From Akkermansia sp. (lineage in GTDB: Bacteria; Verrucomicrobiota; Verrucomicrobiia; Limisphaerales; SIBH01): a stretch of DNA of 64,000 nucleotides. Location of the stretch: assembly GCA_043757045.1 (NCBI GenBank), contig JAYVQC010000241.1:10410-74409 (forward strand). Direction: 5' to 3'. The notes beneath the pieces were generated by a model. The model saw only the letters and a list, made by a program, of their open reading frames with translations, had not been told where the DNA came from and did not search any database. Position 1 is the first letter of the stretch. Each line of letters begins with the position of its first letter. Position numbers and translations under genes: made by a program. Shown here in pieces: positions 9,003 through 17,932 of this stretch.

Positions 9003-10160
9003 ATGTCGCAAGTCCCGTTCTGGATTCGCTGGCGGCGCGTGTTGCGCCGGCATCCGAAATTATACCAGCGGCTGGGGCAGATGCGGGCGCGGGCGGGTCA
9101 CGCCTGGCGGTGGGTCTTCCGGCGTTTGCTGCCGGCGCGCAGTCCTTTTGGTCCGCCCAAGGGCTGGTTCTCCCTCGTGGAAAAAGTCCGGACGGGCGAG
9201 GTGCGCGGGCGTGTCCTGTTTGAACGCCAGCCGGACAACGCGCCGGCCGCGACGCGGCTGCGGCGTCTCGCGCTGCTCGGCCAGCAACAGCAAACCCGCT
9301 GGCCGTTTTTCTGGAGTCATCATGCCAACGCGCGGCTCATCGGCCCCACGCTGTTGTTGCAGGACGAGCGGCGGCGGGTCGCGGTGGAATCAGCCTACGG
9401 TCCCAGTTTCGTGGAGGATGATCCGGGCTACCGCCAGTTCCGCCGCCCGCCGGCGGTGCGGCTGAAGGGCGCGTGGACGAGTGTGATCTCGCGCTGGTCG
9501 CCGGGGTTTTACCACTGGTTCATGGACGCGCTGCCGCGGCTGGCGCTGTTGGCGGAACTGCCACCGGAGACCCGGATCATCGTGCCCGCACCACTCACCG
9601 CCTACCATCGCGACACGCTGGAATGGCTGGGGCTGACCGCGCGCGCCCGCCCCACCGGCGAGGAACATCTCGAGATCGAAGACTATTACTTCAGCGCACC
9701 AACGAACATCACCGGGCATTTTGATCCCTACGCGATTGAGTTTCTGCGCCGGTCGTTTTTGGAGCGGCGGGATCGGTCGTTCGATTCGCCCCGGCGTTTT
9801 TACGTGCAGCGCGTGCGCGCGGCGCGCGGCGTGGCCAACGATGCCGAGGTCGCGGATTTCTTTCGCGCCCGCGGTTGGGCCGTGGTGGACATGGAGACCT
9901 TGTCGCTGGCGCAACAGATTCAACTCTTCGCCCAAGCCGAGGAGATTTGTGCGCTGCACGGTGCGGCGCTCACGAATCTCGTCTGGTGCCGGCCCGGCTG
10001 CCGCGTGCTGGAGCTGCTGCCTTCCACCTACCTGAACGGCGTGTATGAAGGCGTGGCCGAGGCCGTGCAGGCGGACTATGATTTTCTGCTCTGCCCCGGC
10101 GACACGGAGATGAAGGCGCTGGTCAATCTGAAGGAACTGGCAGGCAAGCTGCGGGACTGA
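9003..10160 (+). CDS. GT61 / DUF563-type glycosyltransferase
   Basis: 385-aa ORF. FYHWFMDALPRL block, RFYVQR...R.V.N, and C-terminal ICALHGAALTNLVWCRPGCRVLELLP, typical of the DUF563/GT61 family. Confidence 0.7.
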   Translation: MSQVPFWIRWRRVLRRHPKLYQRLGQMRARAGHAWRWVFRRLLPARSPFGPPKGWFSLVEKVRTGEVRGRVLFERQPDNAPAATRLRRLALLGQQQQTRWPFFWSHHANARLIGPTLLLQDERRRVAVESAYGPSFVEDDPGYRQFRRPPAVRLKGAWTSVISRWSPGFYHWFMDALPRLALLAELPPETRIIVPAPLTAYHRDTLEWLGLTARARPTGEEHLEIEDYYFSAPTNITGHFDPYAIEFLRRSFLERRDRSFDSPRRFYVQRVRAARGVANDAEVADFFRARGWAVVDMETLSLAQQIQLFAQAEEICALHGAALTNLVWCRPGCRVLELLPSTYLNGVYEGVAEAVQADYDFLLCPGDTEMKALVNLKELAGKLRD

Positions 10161-10238
10161 GCGTGGCAAGCCGGATGAGTTGACCCGCCGTTCCTGTTTC
10201 TGATTTCCAAAAGGAATTTCCCCGCTAACGTCTCGCGC

Positions 10239-10718
10239 ATGGATTCATTGCTGAAGTTGATTCGCGAGAACGCGGCATGGCAGCCGGCGGAACTCGCCGC
10301 CATGCTCAATCTTTCCGAGAGCGAGGTCATCGCGCTCATCAAGAAACACGAAGCCGAGGGCGTCATCCTGGGCTACCGCGCCATCCTCAACGAGGAGAAG
10401 CTCGGCCTCGAAGTTGTCCGTGCCGTCATCGAGGTGAAAATCACGCCGGAACGCGGCGGCGGCTTCGACCGCCTCGCTGAACGCATCGCGAAGTATTCCG
10501 AGGTGCAATCGTGCTACCTGATGTCCGGCGGCTATGACCTGCTCGTGGTCGTGCAGGGGAAAAATTTGCGAGAGGTGGCCACGTTCGTGTCCGAGAAACT
10601 CGCCACCGTGCAGGGTGTCATCTCCACCGCCACGCACTTCATGCTCAAGCCCTACAAGGAGCAGGGCGTGCTGATGAAGGCGGAAGTGAACGAGGAACGG
10701 CTGGCGGTCGCACCCTGA
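10239..10718 (+). CDS. Lrp/AsnC-family transcriptional regulator
   Basis: 159-aa ORF. N-terminal wHTH ([47 protein letters not shown]) plus a C-terminal RAM/AsnC_trans_reg fold ([12 protein letters not shown]...[29 protein letters not shown]). Confidence 0.85.
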   Translation: MDSLLKLIRENAAWQPAELAAMLNLSESEVIALIKKHEAEGVILGYRAILNEEKLGLEVVRAVIEVKITPERGGGFDRLAERIAKYSEVQSCYLMSGGYDLLVVVQGKNLREVATFVSEKLATVQGVISTATHFMLKPYKEQGVLMKAEVNEERLAVAP

Positions 10719-10726
10719 TAAATTTC

Positions 10727-11230
10727 ATGCGCAAAAAACATTCCCCTCTCGTCGGCCTCATCATGGGTTCCCAATCCGACTGGGAAACGATGCAGCACGC
10801 GGCGGCGCAATTGGAGGCGCTCGGCGTGCCCTTCGAGGCGCAAGTCGTCTCCGCGCATCGTACGCCGGATTTGCTGTTCGAGTATGCGGACGGCGCGGCG
10901 GCGCGAGGACTGGAAGTGATCATTGCCGGTGCCGGCGGCGCGGCGCATCTGCCCGGTATGTGCGCGGCGAAAACCTCACTGCCCGTCCTCGGCGTGCCGG
11001 TGGAATCGAAGACGTTGAAGGGCATGGATTCGCTGCTCTCCATCGTGCAGATGCCCGGTGGTGTGCCGGTGGGAACGCTGGCGATCGGCAAGGCGGGCGC
11101 GATCAACGCCGCACTGATGGCCACGGCGATTCTGGGCAACAAGCATCCGCAGTTTCGTACGGCCTACGAAAAGTTCCGCGCCGCGCAAACGGAGAGAGTG
11201 TTGTCGAATCGAAAGCCGGGGGCGGTGTAG
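10727..11230 (+). CDS. purE: 5-(carboxyamino)imidazole ribonucleotide mutase
   Basis: 167-aa ORF with diagnostic PurE blocks: [45 protein letters not shown] and [17 protein letters not shown]. Confidence 0.95.
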   Translation: MRKKHSPLVGLIMGSQSDWETMQHAAAQLEALGVPFEAQVVSAHRTPDLLFEYADGAAARGLEVIIAGAGGAAHLPGMCAAKTSLPVLGVPVESKTLKGMDSLLSIVQMPGGVPVGTLAIGKAGAINAALMATAILGNKHPQFRTAYEKFRAAQTERVLSNRKPGAV

Positions 11231-11261
11231 GTTCGATAACTGTTAGGCGGCTACAAGTGCT

Positions 11262-11774
11262 ATGCGCAAATCTTACCGCAAATTACTGTTGGCCACTCTT
11301 GCGCTTGGTCTGCTGCTTGGTGTCGTCCTGCTGTGTTTTAGCAGCACAGGCACTCCTCGGTTGACGCTTCACTATTTAAGCCGGACGAACGACGGCACAC
11401 GGACGATTGTTCAGTTTGGGATTACCAACATCGGGACCGCTGATGCCATCAGCTATCTGGAAAACGGAACTCCTGTAGGCCGCATCCAGATGTGGAGGAA
11501 GGAGATGGGGGCCAACTGTTATCCGACGCTTCGCCGTCTTTCTCCCGGGCAGGGAGATGTCATTCACGTAATTTTGCCAGAGGGATTCCAAGGCCGTTGG
11601 CGATTTGTCTCCAACTACGCACGCGACGGAACAAGATTGCGGTTTATTAATTGGAAGCGGGACGCAGAGTCGTATACGAAATCATTCCGCGCGCGAGCCT
11701 GTAGATTCATACCCTCTTCTTTGACAACAGTTCGCTTTGATGTGATGGCGGAGAGTGATTGGATTGAAGAATGA
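11262..11774 (+). CDS. Hypothetical N-terminally membrane-anchored small protein (cargo of a small AT-richer insertion)
   Basis: 170-aa ORF with an N-terminal TM/signal anchor (LLLATLALGLLLGVVLLCF). Visibly more AT-rich codon usage than its neighbours. No family recognised. Confidence 0.55.
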   Translation: MRKSYRKLLLATLALGLLLGVVLLCFSSTGTPRLTLHYLSRTNDGTRTIVQFGITNIGTADAISYLENGTPVGRIQMWRKEMGANCYPTLRRLSPGQGDVIHVILPEGFQGRWRFVSNYARDGTRLRFINWKRDAESYTKSFRARACRFIPSSLTTVRFDVMAESDWIEE

Positions 11775-11812
11775 AGACGCCGCCTAACCATGCGCGAGGT
11801 CGTGTAAAAACC

Positions 11813-11866
11813 CTCCGCGCCACGCAGACGGAGAAAGTTTTGTCGAACCGGAAGCCGGGAGTGTAG
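11813..11866 (+). repeat. Degenerate duplicate of the last ~18 codons plus stop of purE
   Basis: 11813..11866 (ctccgcgccacgcagacggagaaagttttgtcgaaccggaagccgggagtgtag, reading [17 protein letters not shown]) parallels 11174..11230 (ttccgcgccgcgcaaacggagagagtgttgtcgaatcgaaagccgggggcggtgtag, reading [18 protein letters not shown]). Confidence 0.8.
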
Positions 11867-11875
11867 CGAAGTGCA

Positions 11876-12029
11876 GACCGCCGAGTCCGCGTGTCACTAA
11901 TCCCATGTGGTGGGCGAGGACGAGTCTCAAATCCGTGGCTGCGCTGAATCTGCGGGAAGTTTTTTCTCAGGGATGAGTTTCAGAAAATTGCCGACGGTTG
12001 GGCTTTATTAACACGCGAACTCGGCGGTC
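11876..12029. repeat. MITE-like element bounded by 19-bp terminal inverted repeats (copy 1)
   Basis: gaccgccgagtccgcgtgt (11876..11894) and acacgcgaactcggcggtc (12011..12029), with 1 mismatch. It lies just downstream of the TPR gene stop. Confidence 0.75.
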
Positions 12030-12049
12030 CGCGCTCCGAACAAAAGCCC

Positions 12050-14698
12050 TCACAGCTTCTGCTGCTGCAACTGCTTCTGGATGGAGTCAATCCGCTTCGC
12101 CGCTGCCTCTTTCAGTGACGGAATTCTCTCGGCCAGCCGCGTGAAAAGATTCACCGCCTTCTCCCAATCGCCTTGCGCTTGGCAGACATCCGCCGCGCTG
12201 AACGTGGCCTCCTTCAACCAAAACGGGTCCGGCTCCTCGCCCGCGCGGGTCGGGAAAATCACTTCGAGATAATTCGTCAGCGCGGCGTGGCGCCGCGCCG
12301 CCACTTCCGTCGTTGAATTTGTCACCAGCAGCGCCTGCTTGCCATAAACGTGGCCTATGCCGACCAGCGCCTGCTGCCGCGTGGCCGCATCCGCTTTTGG
12401 CGAAGTCAGCGCGCGTCCATAAAAATCCAGCGCGACGGCATAGTTCATCGGGTCCACCGTGCCGAGCTGGAAGTGGCACAGCGCCACCTCGCCATAGGCG
12501 CGCGGCACTTCCGGGTCGTCCGGAAAAAAACGCGGCACCTGCGCGTACACACTGCGCGCCTCGCGAAAGTTGTCGAGCTGGTTTGTCCACGGGCGCAGCT
12601 TGAAGGCGTCGCCATAAGCGAAATAGCCCTGCACGAGAATGGACGCGGGACAGTTCGTGTCGTTGAGCAGCGCAGCCAGATGGTTCGTCGCGCTTTCAAA
12701 GCGCGGTTGGAGCAGTGCGGCCCGGCCGGCCTCCAGCCGCGCCTGATAACTCACCACCGTCACCGGCCAGTTTGTATTCTCGAACACAAGTTGATAGTTG
12801 CGCAGCGCGTCATCGTAACGCCCGGCGCGCAGGTGATGACCGCCAATCCAGTTTTGCGCGCGCGCCGCAAGCGGGTTCAACGGGAAGCGCTGCACGAAAT
12901 TGGTGAAGAGGGTGAGCGCGTTCGTCTCGCGGCCCGCGAGGAAGCTGGCCGTGGCCCGGAGAAATTCCGCGCGCGGCAGGCTGGTGTTGGTCGGGAAAAA
13001 AATTATCCACTCGTCGTATTTCCCAATCGCCGAAGGCCAGTCGCGCTCGCGTTCATAGGAACGCGCCACGGCCAGTTCCACCTCGGGCCGCAACGGTGAA
13101 TCAGGGAACAATTTCGTGAACCGTGCGAACTCCTTGCGTGCCGCCGCCGGATCGCCGAGTTCGTCCACGGCCTGGCCGAAGAGCAGCAGCGAGCGCTCGG
13201 CATAACTGTTCGCCGGATACTCGCGCAGGATCGCGGCGAGCGCCTCGGCGGCGGCGCGACGGTCGCGCGCGGCCAGGCCGGCCTGCAACAACTGGTAGCG
13301 CGCGCGCGGCGTCAGTTCGCGCACGACGCGCGGGAGCATGGCGTAGTTCGTCAGCACGCGCCGGTAGTCGGTGATGGCGTTGGTCAGGTCGCCGGATTGA
13401 AACGCTAGGTCTGCCGATTTGAACCGCGCCACGGCCTGCGCCTCCGACCACGGCAGCGATTCCGCCGCGGCGCGAAACGACGAGAGGCTTTCGGGAAATT
13501 TGTTTTGCGCGAGCAACGCCCATCCGCGCACCACGCGCGCCTGGCTGCGGAACGGACTGTTCGTGAACTGGTTCAGCAGTTTGTCGCAATCGAAGATCAC
13601 ATCCGCGAGCAAGTCCGTGCCCGGCGAGACGGAGTTAGTGCTGGCGAGCGCGAGCGACTGCTGCTTCAACCGCAGCTCCGCCTGCGCGAGCAGCGCCAGG
13701 TCCGAGCCGTTTTCCGCCGGATGCGCGGCGGTGAATTCCTGCAACCGGGCGAGCGCGTTGCTGAGTTGTCCTTGCTCCGCGAGCAATTCCACCGTTTTGA
13801 AAAGCGCTTCGCGCGTGCGGGCCGCGGACATGCCGGGCCGTTGGTTGCGCGCGTACGCGGCGATGGCTTCGTCAGGCCGGTTCAAGGCTTCGAGTACCTG
13901 CCCTTGCAGCGCGGAGGCCGCCGCTTCGAGCGCGACATCGGTGGTCGCGAGGGCGTTGGTGAAAAGATTCGTCGTGGTGACGAGCGCGGCTTCCAACTGC
14001 CGTGCGCCCCACTGCGCTTGGGCAAGGCGATACGCGCGTTCCCATTTCGTGCGCGCGGCGAGCGCCTCCTCGGGAATGGCGTCGGCCACTCGTTCCGCGC
14101 CGGAATAATCGCGCTGTTCCAGCAGCGTGTCGGCGAGCAACAAACGTCCGCGCACCGCCGCTTCGCTGGCGGGCGCGCGCGTGGCGGCTTCCTGAAACAA
14201 TCCGGTTTGCAGCAGCGCGGCCACGCGCGGCCATTGCTGCAACTGAAACCGCGCGTGCGCCTCGGCCAGCGTCGCGTCGAGGCGCAGCGGCGAATTTGTG
14301 TGACGCGAGACCACGAGCGCGTATTTCGTCGCCGCCGCCTCGAACTGGCCGCTCTCGGCGTGAATAGCCGCGAGGTCGAACAGAAATTGGTCCGCCGCGC
14401 TGCCGGCGCTCGCTTGGTTCGTGGTGAGAATCTGGATGGCGGCCTGAAATTTTTTCTGTTGAAGCGCGGCCTTGGACTGCTTGAGCAAGGCCTGCGGCAC
14501 GCGCGGTGACGCAGGATATTTGACGAAGAAGTCCGCGAATAATTTTTCCGCGCGATCATGAAATCCGTCCTGCCGCGCTTCCTCGGCATTGTTGAACGCG
14601 CGCGCCTCCGCGTCCGCCGCGTGCAGGCGGGTGCTCGCCGCGCCCATGCACAGGAGCGCAGCCATCAAAAGCCACCGGGTGAGCCAGCGATGCCGCAT
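12050..14698 (-). CDS. Large secreted tetratricopeptide-repeat (TPR) protein
   Basis: ORF 12050..14791. Start moved to MRHRWLTRWLLMAALLCMGAASTRLHAADAE (ATG at 14698), because the upstream 31 codons lie in a repeat element. The body is Ala/Leu-rich with many 34-aa TPR-like units (e.g. A.F.LAQA....G.Y..A...Y..V....P.S..A..A) in the YbgF/BamD style. Confidence 0.8.
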   Translation of the reverse strand: MRHRWLTRWLLMAALLCMGAASTRLHAADAEARAFNNAEEARQDGFHDRAEKLFADFFVKYPASPRVPQALLKQSKAALQQKKFQAAIQILTTNQASAGSAADQFLFDLAAIHAESGQFEAAATKYALVVSRHTNSPLRLDATLAEAHARFQLQQWPRVAALLQTGLFQEAATRAPASEAAVRGRLLLADTLLEQRDYSGAERVADAIPEEALAARTKWERAYRLAQAQWGARQLEAALVTTTNLFTNALATTDVALEAAASALQGQVLEALNRPDEAIAAYARNQRPGMSAARTREALFKTVELLAEQGQLSNALARLQEFTAAHPAENGSDLALLAQAELRLKQQSLALASTNSVSPGTDLLADVIFDCDKLLNQFTNSPFRSQARVVRGWALLAQNKFPESLSSFRAAAESLPWSEAQAVARFKSADLAFQSGDLTNAITDYRRVLTNYAMLPRVVRELTPRARYQLLQAGLAARDRRAAAEALAAILREYPANSYAERSLLLFGQAVDELGDPAAARKEFARFTKLFPDSPLRPEVELAVARSYERERDWPSAIGKYDEWIIFFPTNTSLPRAEFLRATASFLAGRETNALTLFTNFVQRFPLNPLAARAQNWIGGHHLRAGRYDDALRNYQLVFENTNWPVTVVSYQARLEAGRAALLQPRFESATNHLAALLNDTNCPASILVQGYFAYGDAFKLRPWTNQLDNFREARSVYAQVPRFFPDDPEVPRAYGEVALCHFQLGTVDPMNYAVALDFYGRALTSPKADAATRQQALVGIGHVYGKQALLVTNSTTEVAARRHAALTNYLEVIFPTRAGEEPDPFWLKEATFSAADVCQAQGDWEKAVNLFTRLAERIPSLKEAAAKRIDSIQKQLQQQKL

Positions 14699-14760
14699 GT
14701 GATTTCTTTTATCCGCCACACCCGCGCGAGGCGATGCAAAAATCCTGACGCGGGGGGCAC

Positions 14761-14917
14761 GGACCGCCGAGTCCGCGTGTTCGTAATTCATGGAGCGAAA
14801 AATCCCTCACGCCAAGTCCGCCAAGGGCGCAAAGGTAAAGATCGTTCGCCCGGTTTCACTTTGCGTCCTTCGCGTCCTTTGCGTGAGGCCAAAAGAAACA
14901 CGCGGACTCGGCGGTCC
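14761..14917. repeat. MITE-like element with the same termini (copy 2), perfect 21-bp inverted repeats, different interior
   Basis: ggaccgccgagtccgcgtgtt (14761..14781) and aacacgcggactcggcggtcc (14897..14917). The interior holds a second hairpin built from 9-mer tandem units: cctcacgccaagtccgccaagggcgcaaagg paired with cactttgcgtccttcgcgtcctttgcgtgagg. Confidence 0.8.
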
Positions 14918-14928
14918 GCGCTCCGCAC

Positions 14929-16149
14929 TCACCGCGCCCCGATCTTCAACGCCCGCACCCGGTCGCCGTCGTTGATGCGGTCGCCGGGATAAATGATCAC
15001 CGCGTCCCCTTCGCTCAGGCCGTTCGTGATTTCCGTTTCAGTGCCGGAAGTACGTCCGGTGGTCACAGCCTGAAACACCGCGCGCCCGCTGCGGATCGCA
15101 AACACCGCGTGCTGTTCACCCCGACGAAAAACCGCGCCCGACGCGACCTTCAAAACCTTGTCCGCCTCCCAGGTGACGATGCGGGCCTCGACTCGGAAAT
15201 TGTCGCCCACGCCCGCGCGCTGTTCGAGCGGCGTGACGATGTCCGCAATGACGTTCACGCGCTGCTCCTCGACACCGAGCGCAGAGACTTTCGTGAACGC
15301 AGCCGGTTCGACCAATCGCACGCGCGCCTGCAACGGCTCCACACCGCCCCACTGTTCCAACTCCACGCGTGTGCCGGGCCGGATGGCCGCGCCGTCGCGC
15401 GACAGGACTTCAATCACCACTTCGAGGTCGGCGGGATTGCCGATTTCCACCAGCGGCAATCCGGCGGTCACGACGCGCGAGCTTTCTTCGAGAACGCGCA
15501 GCACACGACCGCCAGTGGGGGCTTTGACTTCGGTGGGCGGGCGGGCGGGACTGGTCGTGGGCGCTCCGAACTCCGCGAGTTCCGCCTCCACTTGACGCAG
15601 CGCGGCCTGGGCGGCGGTGAGTTCCTTGGCGGCGGTCGTCTCGCGCAACTGGCCTTGTTCGAGTTCCTGGATGGAAACAGTTTTCTCAGCGAACAAAGTG
15701 TCAAAGCGTTTCAATTCGCTGGCGGCAAATTTCTGCGCGGCGCGGGCGCGTTCGACGTTCGCGAAGGCGGTGTCGCGCCGGGCCTCGGCCAGCGCACGGG
15801 TGCGGGCGTCGAGCAACACGGGCGAGAGCGGATCAATGACCGCGACGACGGTTTCGCCCGCAATGATTTCCGCGCCGGCCTTGAACGGAATGCGCCGCAA
15901 CTGTCCTGCGACCGGCGCGGACACCACGTAGCGTTGCTTGATGCGCGTCTTGCCCTCCTCGTTCACCGTCGCGCGCAGGCCGCCGCTCACGACTTGCACC
16001 GTCTCGACGGGCAAGGGCTTCGGCCACAAGCCACCAACAATGAGCGCGAGCAGGAGCAGTGCGCCTGCGTAGGGCAGCCACCGGCGGCGCGGTGCGCGGC
16101 GTGCTTCGTGTCGGCGCGGCTGGAGCGTTTCTTTCGTCGGCGAATCCAT
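14929..16149 (-). CDS. HlyD-family membrane-fusion (periplasmic adaptor) protein
   Basis: 406-aa ORF. Cytoplasmic Arg-rich N-terminus, one TM (AGALLLLALIVGGLW), a lipoyl-like hairpin (VSAPVAGQLRRIPFKAGAEIIAGETVVAVIDP), a coiled-coil and a beta-barrel (GGRVLRVLEESSRVVTAGLPLVEIG). Confidence 0.85.
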   Translation of the reverse strand: MDSPTKETLQPRRHEARRAPRRRWLPYAGALLLLALIVGGLWPKPLPVETVQVVSGGLRATVNEEGKTRIKQRYVVSAPVAGQLRRIPFKAGAEIIAGETVVAVIDPLSPVLLDARTRALAEARRDTAFANVERARAAQKFAASELKRFDTLFAEKTVSIQELEQGQLRETTAAKELTAAQAALRQVEAELAEFGAPTTSPARPPTEVKAPTGGRVLRVLEESSRVVTAGLPLVEIGNPADLEVVIEVLSRDGAAIRPGTRVELEQWGGVEPLQARVRLVEPAAFTKVSALGVEEQRVNVIADIVTPLEQRAGVGDNFRVEARIVTWEADKVLKVASGAVFRRGEQHAVFAIRSGRAVFQAVTTGRTSGTETEITNGLSEGDAVIIYPGDRINDGDRVRALKIGAR

Positions 16150-16977
16150 CGTGGTGGGAAGCCTAATGGTGCCGGTCGCAACTTTCGAGTTTTGTCCGGC
16201 ACCCGGCGTTTCCGCCTTCCGGTGGGCTGAGCCTAACGATTGTTATTTGATGAGGTCGCAGTTTCGCGAGTCCAAAATCGCCGGGCCGTGAAAACGACCC
16301 TTTAACTGCACAAAAGCGTAGTCGTCGAACACCGGTGGGCTGCGAAGAATCGCGAACCCAGAGCGGGTGGAAATATGCGTAATTTTGCGAGGTAAAAACA
16401 GGGTATTACCACGCTATTTGTGTTGGCGTAAAAACAGAATCGGCCCGGGGAATTCCGGTGCGCAGTCCGCCAGGCATTCAATGCTCCCGCTTGAGTCTTG
16501 GGCGTGGTTTGAGACGGCTCGAGTCGTAAAATCCTGACTTAAAAATTGCCCCGCAGTTCGGGCGAAACTTGTCGCCCGTCAGCAAACGCAAATTGAGGAA
16601 ATCACCATTATCAAATGACTTTCGATGAGGTTTCTAAAGTTTTTTTAATGTCCTACCGTTAGAAACATGGCATTCGTTTTTTGCGGCGACCCAGGGTACT
16701 ACGAGGCGGCACAGCGACAATTCTTTCCCCGAAATCGTCCTTTCCATTTCTGCCCGCGTTGCCATAGGTTTTCTTACGCAATGAGTGTCTCGCCCAAAAT
16801 TGGGCAGTCGGCCTTCCGCTCGGTGATTTTTAGCCAGCTACTCTTGTCGTAATTTCGCGCATTTCACCGAAAAGCTAGTAGGCATGGCCGCTGCTGACTG
16901 GGGCGAGACTGGTCGCAGGACTGAAGAGCGGATTGGGATGATTCAACTGCGGCAGGGAAAATTTGGATGTGACCCCT

Positions 16978-17652
16978 ATGAGCAATCAGAAGAAAGTGAA
17001 AATCAAAGTGCTGGCGGTTGATGACCACCCGGTCGTCGTGGAAGGCGTGCGTTCCTGCCTCCGTCCCTTTACGCAATTTGAGGTCGTGGGCGTGGCCGCA
17101 GGAGGAGAAGACGCGCTGGCCAAGGCCAAGAAACTTTTGCCCGATGTCATCCTCATGGACATCAACATGCCGGGCTTGGACGGACTGGAAACGACTCGTC
17201 GGCTCAAACAGGCCTGCCCGAAGGCCAGGGTGCTGATGTTCGCCGGGCGCGAGGAAAACGACGCGGTGGGAGAGATGATTCAGGCCGGAGCCAAGGGCTG
17301 CATCCGTAAGAGCGCGTCGGCAGAGGAACTGGTTTCCGCCATCGAACGCGTCCATCAGGGTGAAACTTTCTTCTCGGCGGATGTCGCGCAGATGTTTTTC
17401 GAGGATTACGTGAAGCGCGGCGGCCGGGCGCAGGAGAACGTGACCAAGCGCATTTCCGAGCGTGAGCGCCAGGTGCTGCACCTGATCGTAGAAGGCGCGG
17501 CGAATAAAGAGGCGGCGGATACCCTGCAAATTAGTGTTCGCACGGTCGAGAAGCACCGTCAGCGCATCATGAAGAAGCTGGGCGTCCACAAGGCCACGGA
17601 ACTCGTGCGATTTGCCATCACCAAGGGCATTGTGAATGTCGGGGCCTATTGA
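16978..17652 (+). CDS. NarL/LuxR-family response regulator (REC plus LuxR HTH), no kinase gene in the window
   Basis: ORF 16963..17652, with the ATG at 16978. REC has VLAVDDHPVV and DVILMDINMPGLDG (phospho-acceptor Asp present). The HTH reads ISERERQVLHLIVEGAANKEAADTLQISVRTVEKHRQRIMKKLGV. Confidence 0.9.
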   Translation: MSNQKKVKIKVLAVDDHPVVVEGVRSCLRPFTQFEVVGVAAGGEDALAKAKKLLPDVILMDINMPGLDGLETTRRLKQACPKARVLMFAGREENDAVGEMIQAGAKGCIRKSASAEELVSAIERVHQGETFFSADVAQMFFEDYVKRGGRAQENVTKRISERERQVLHLIVEGAANKEAADTLQISVRTVEKHRQRIMKKLGVHKATELVRFAITKGIVNVGAY

Positions 17653-17932
17653 GGTATGAGCTGCGCGGCCTTGTTTGCCGCCATTCCGACCGTTCACTTT
17701 TTGCGCCCGGTGCCCCGTCTTTTTTCGAGACTCGTCTGCCTCAGTTTGAGATTACGCAAGACAGCGTAATTTTTGGGTTCGCACTAAGGCGCAGGCTTTC
17801 GTTCGCACTTTACCCAGATTCACGGTTCGGAAGTCCGCCGTTAAAGATCTATGTACGTTGGTTCACCGAAAGGGAGGAAGAGGTTTCCCGGAAAAATGCA
17901 GGTGATACTCAACTAATGCCCGGAAGGGACCG

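Noticed and set aside
11231-11812. Calling the purE-adjacent cassette, or the TIR-bounded elements at 11876..12029 and 14761..14917, autonomous mobile elements
   Set aside because: No transposase, integrase or recombinase ORF lies within or beside them. They are reported only as repeats or insertion scars.
16667-16852. 61-aa ORF in the long divergent intergenic region, and the 119-aa ORF at 17649..18008
   Set aside because: They have no recognisable domain, signal or conserved motif, show odd composition, and overlap probable promoter or leader sequence. The evidence is insufficient to call them genes.
17653-17932. c-di-GMP riboswitch (GEMM-I/II) in the leaders upstream of the synthase gene and of the 3,300-aa gene (47226..47681)
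   Set aside because: I could not find the conserved GEMM core strings by eye. The claim would need a covariance-model scan, so it is kept only as a suggestion for testing, not as a feature.
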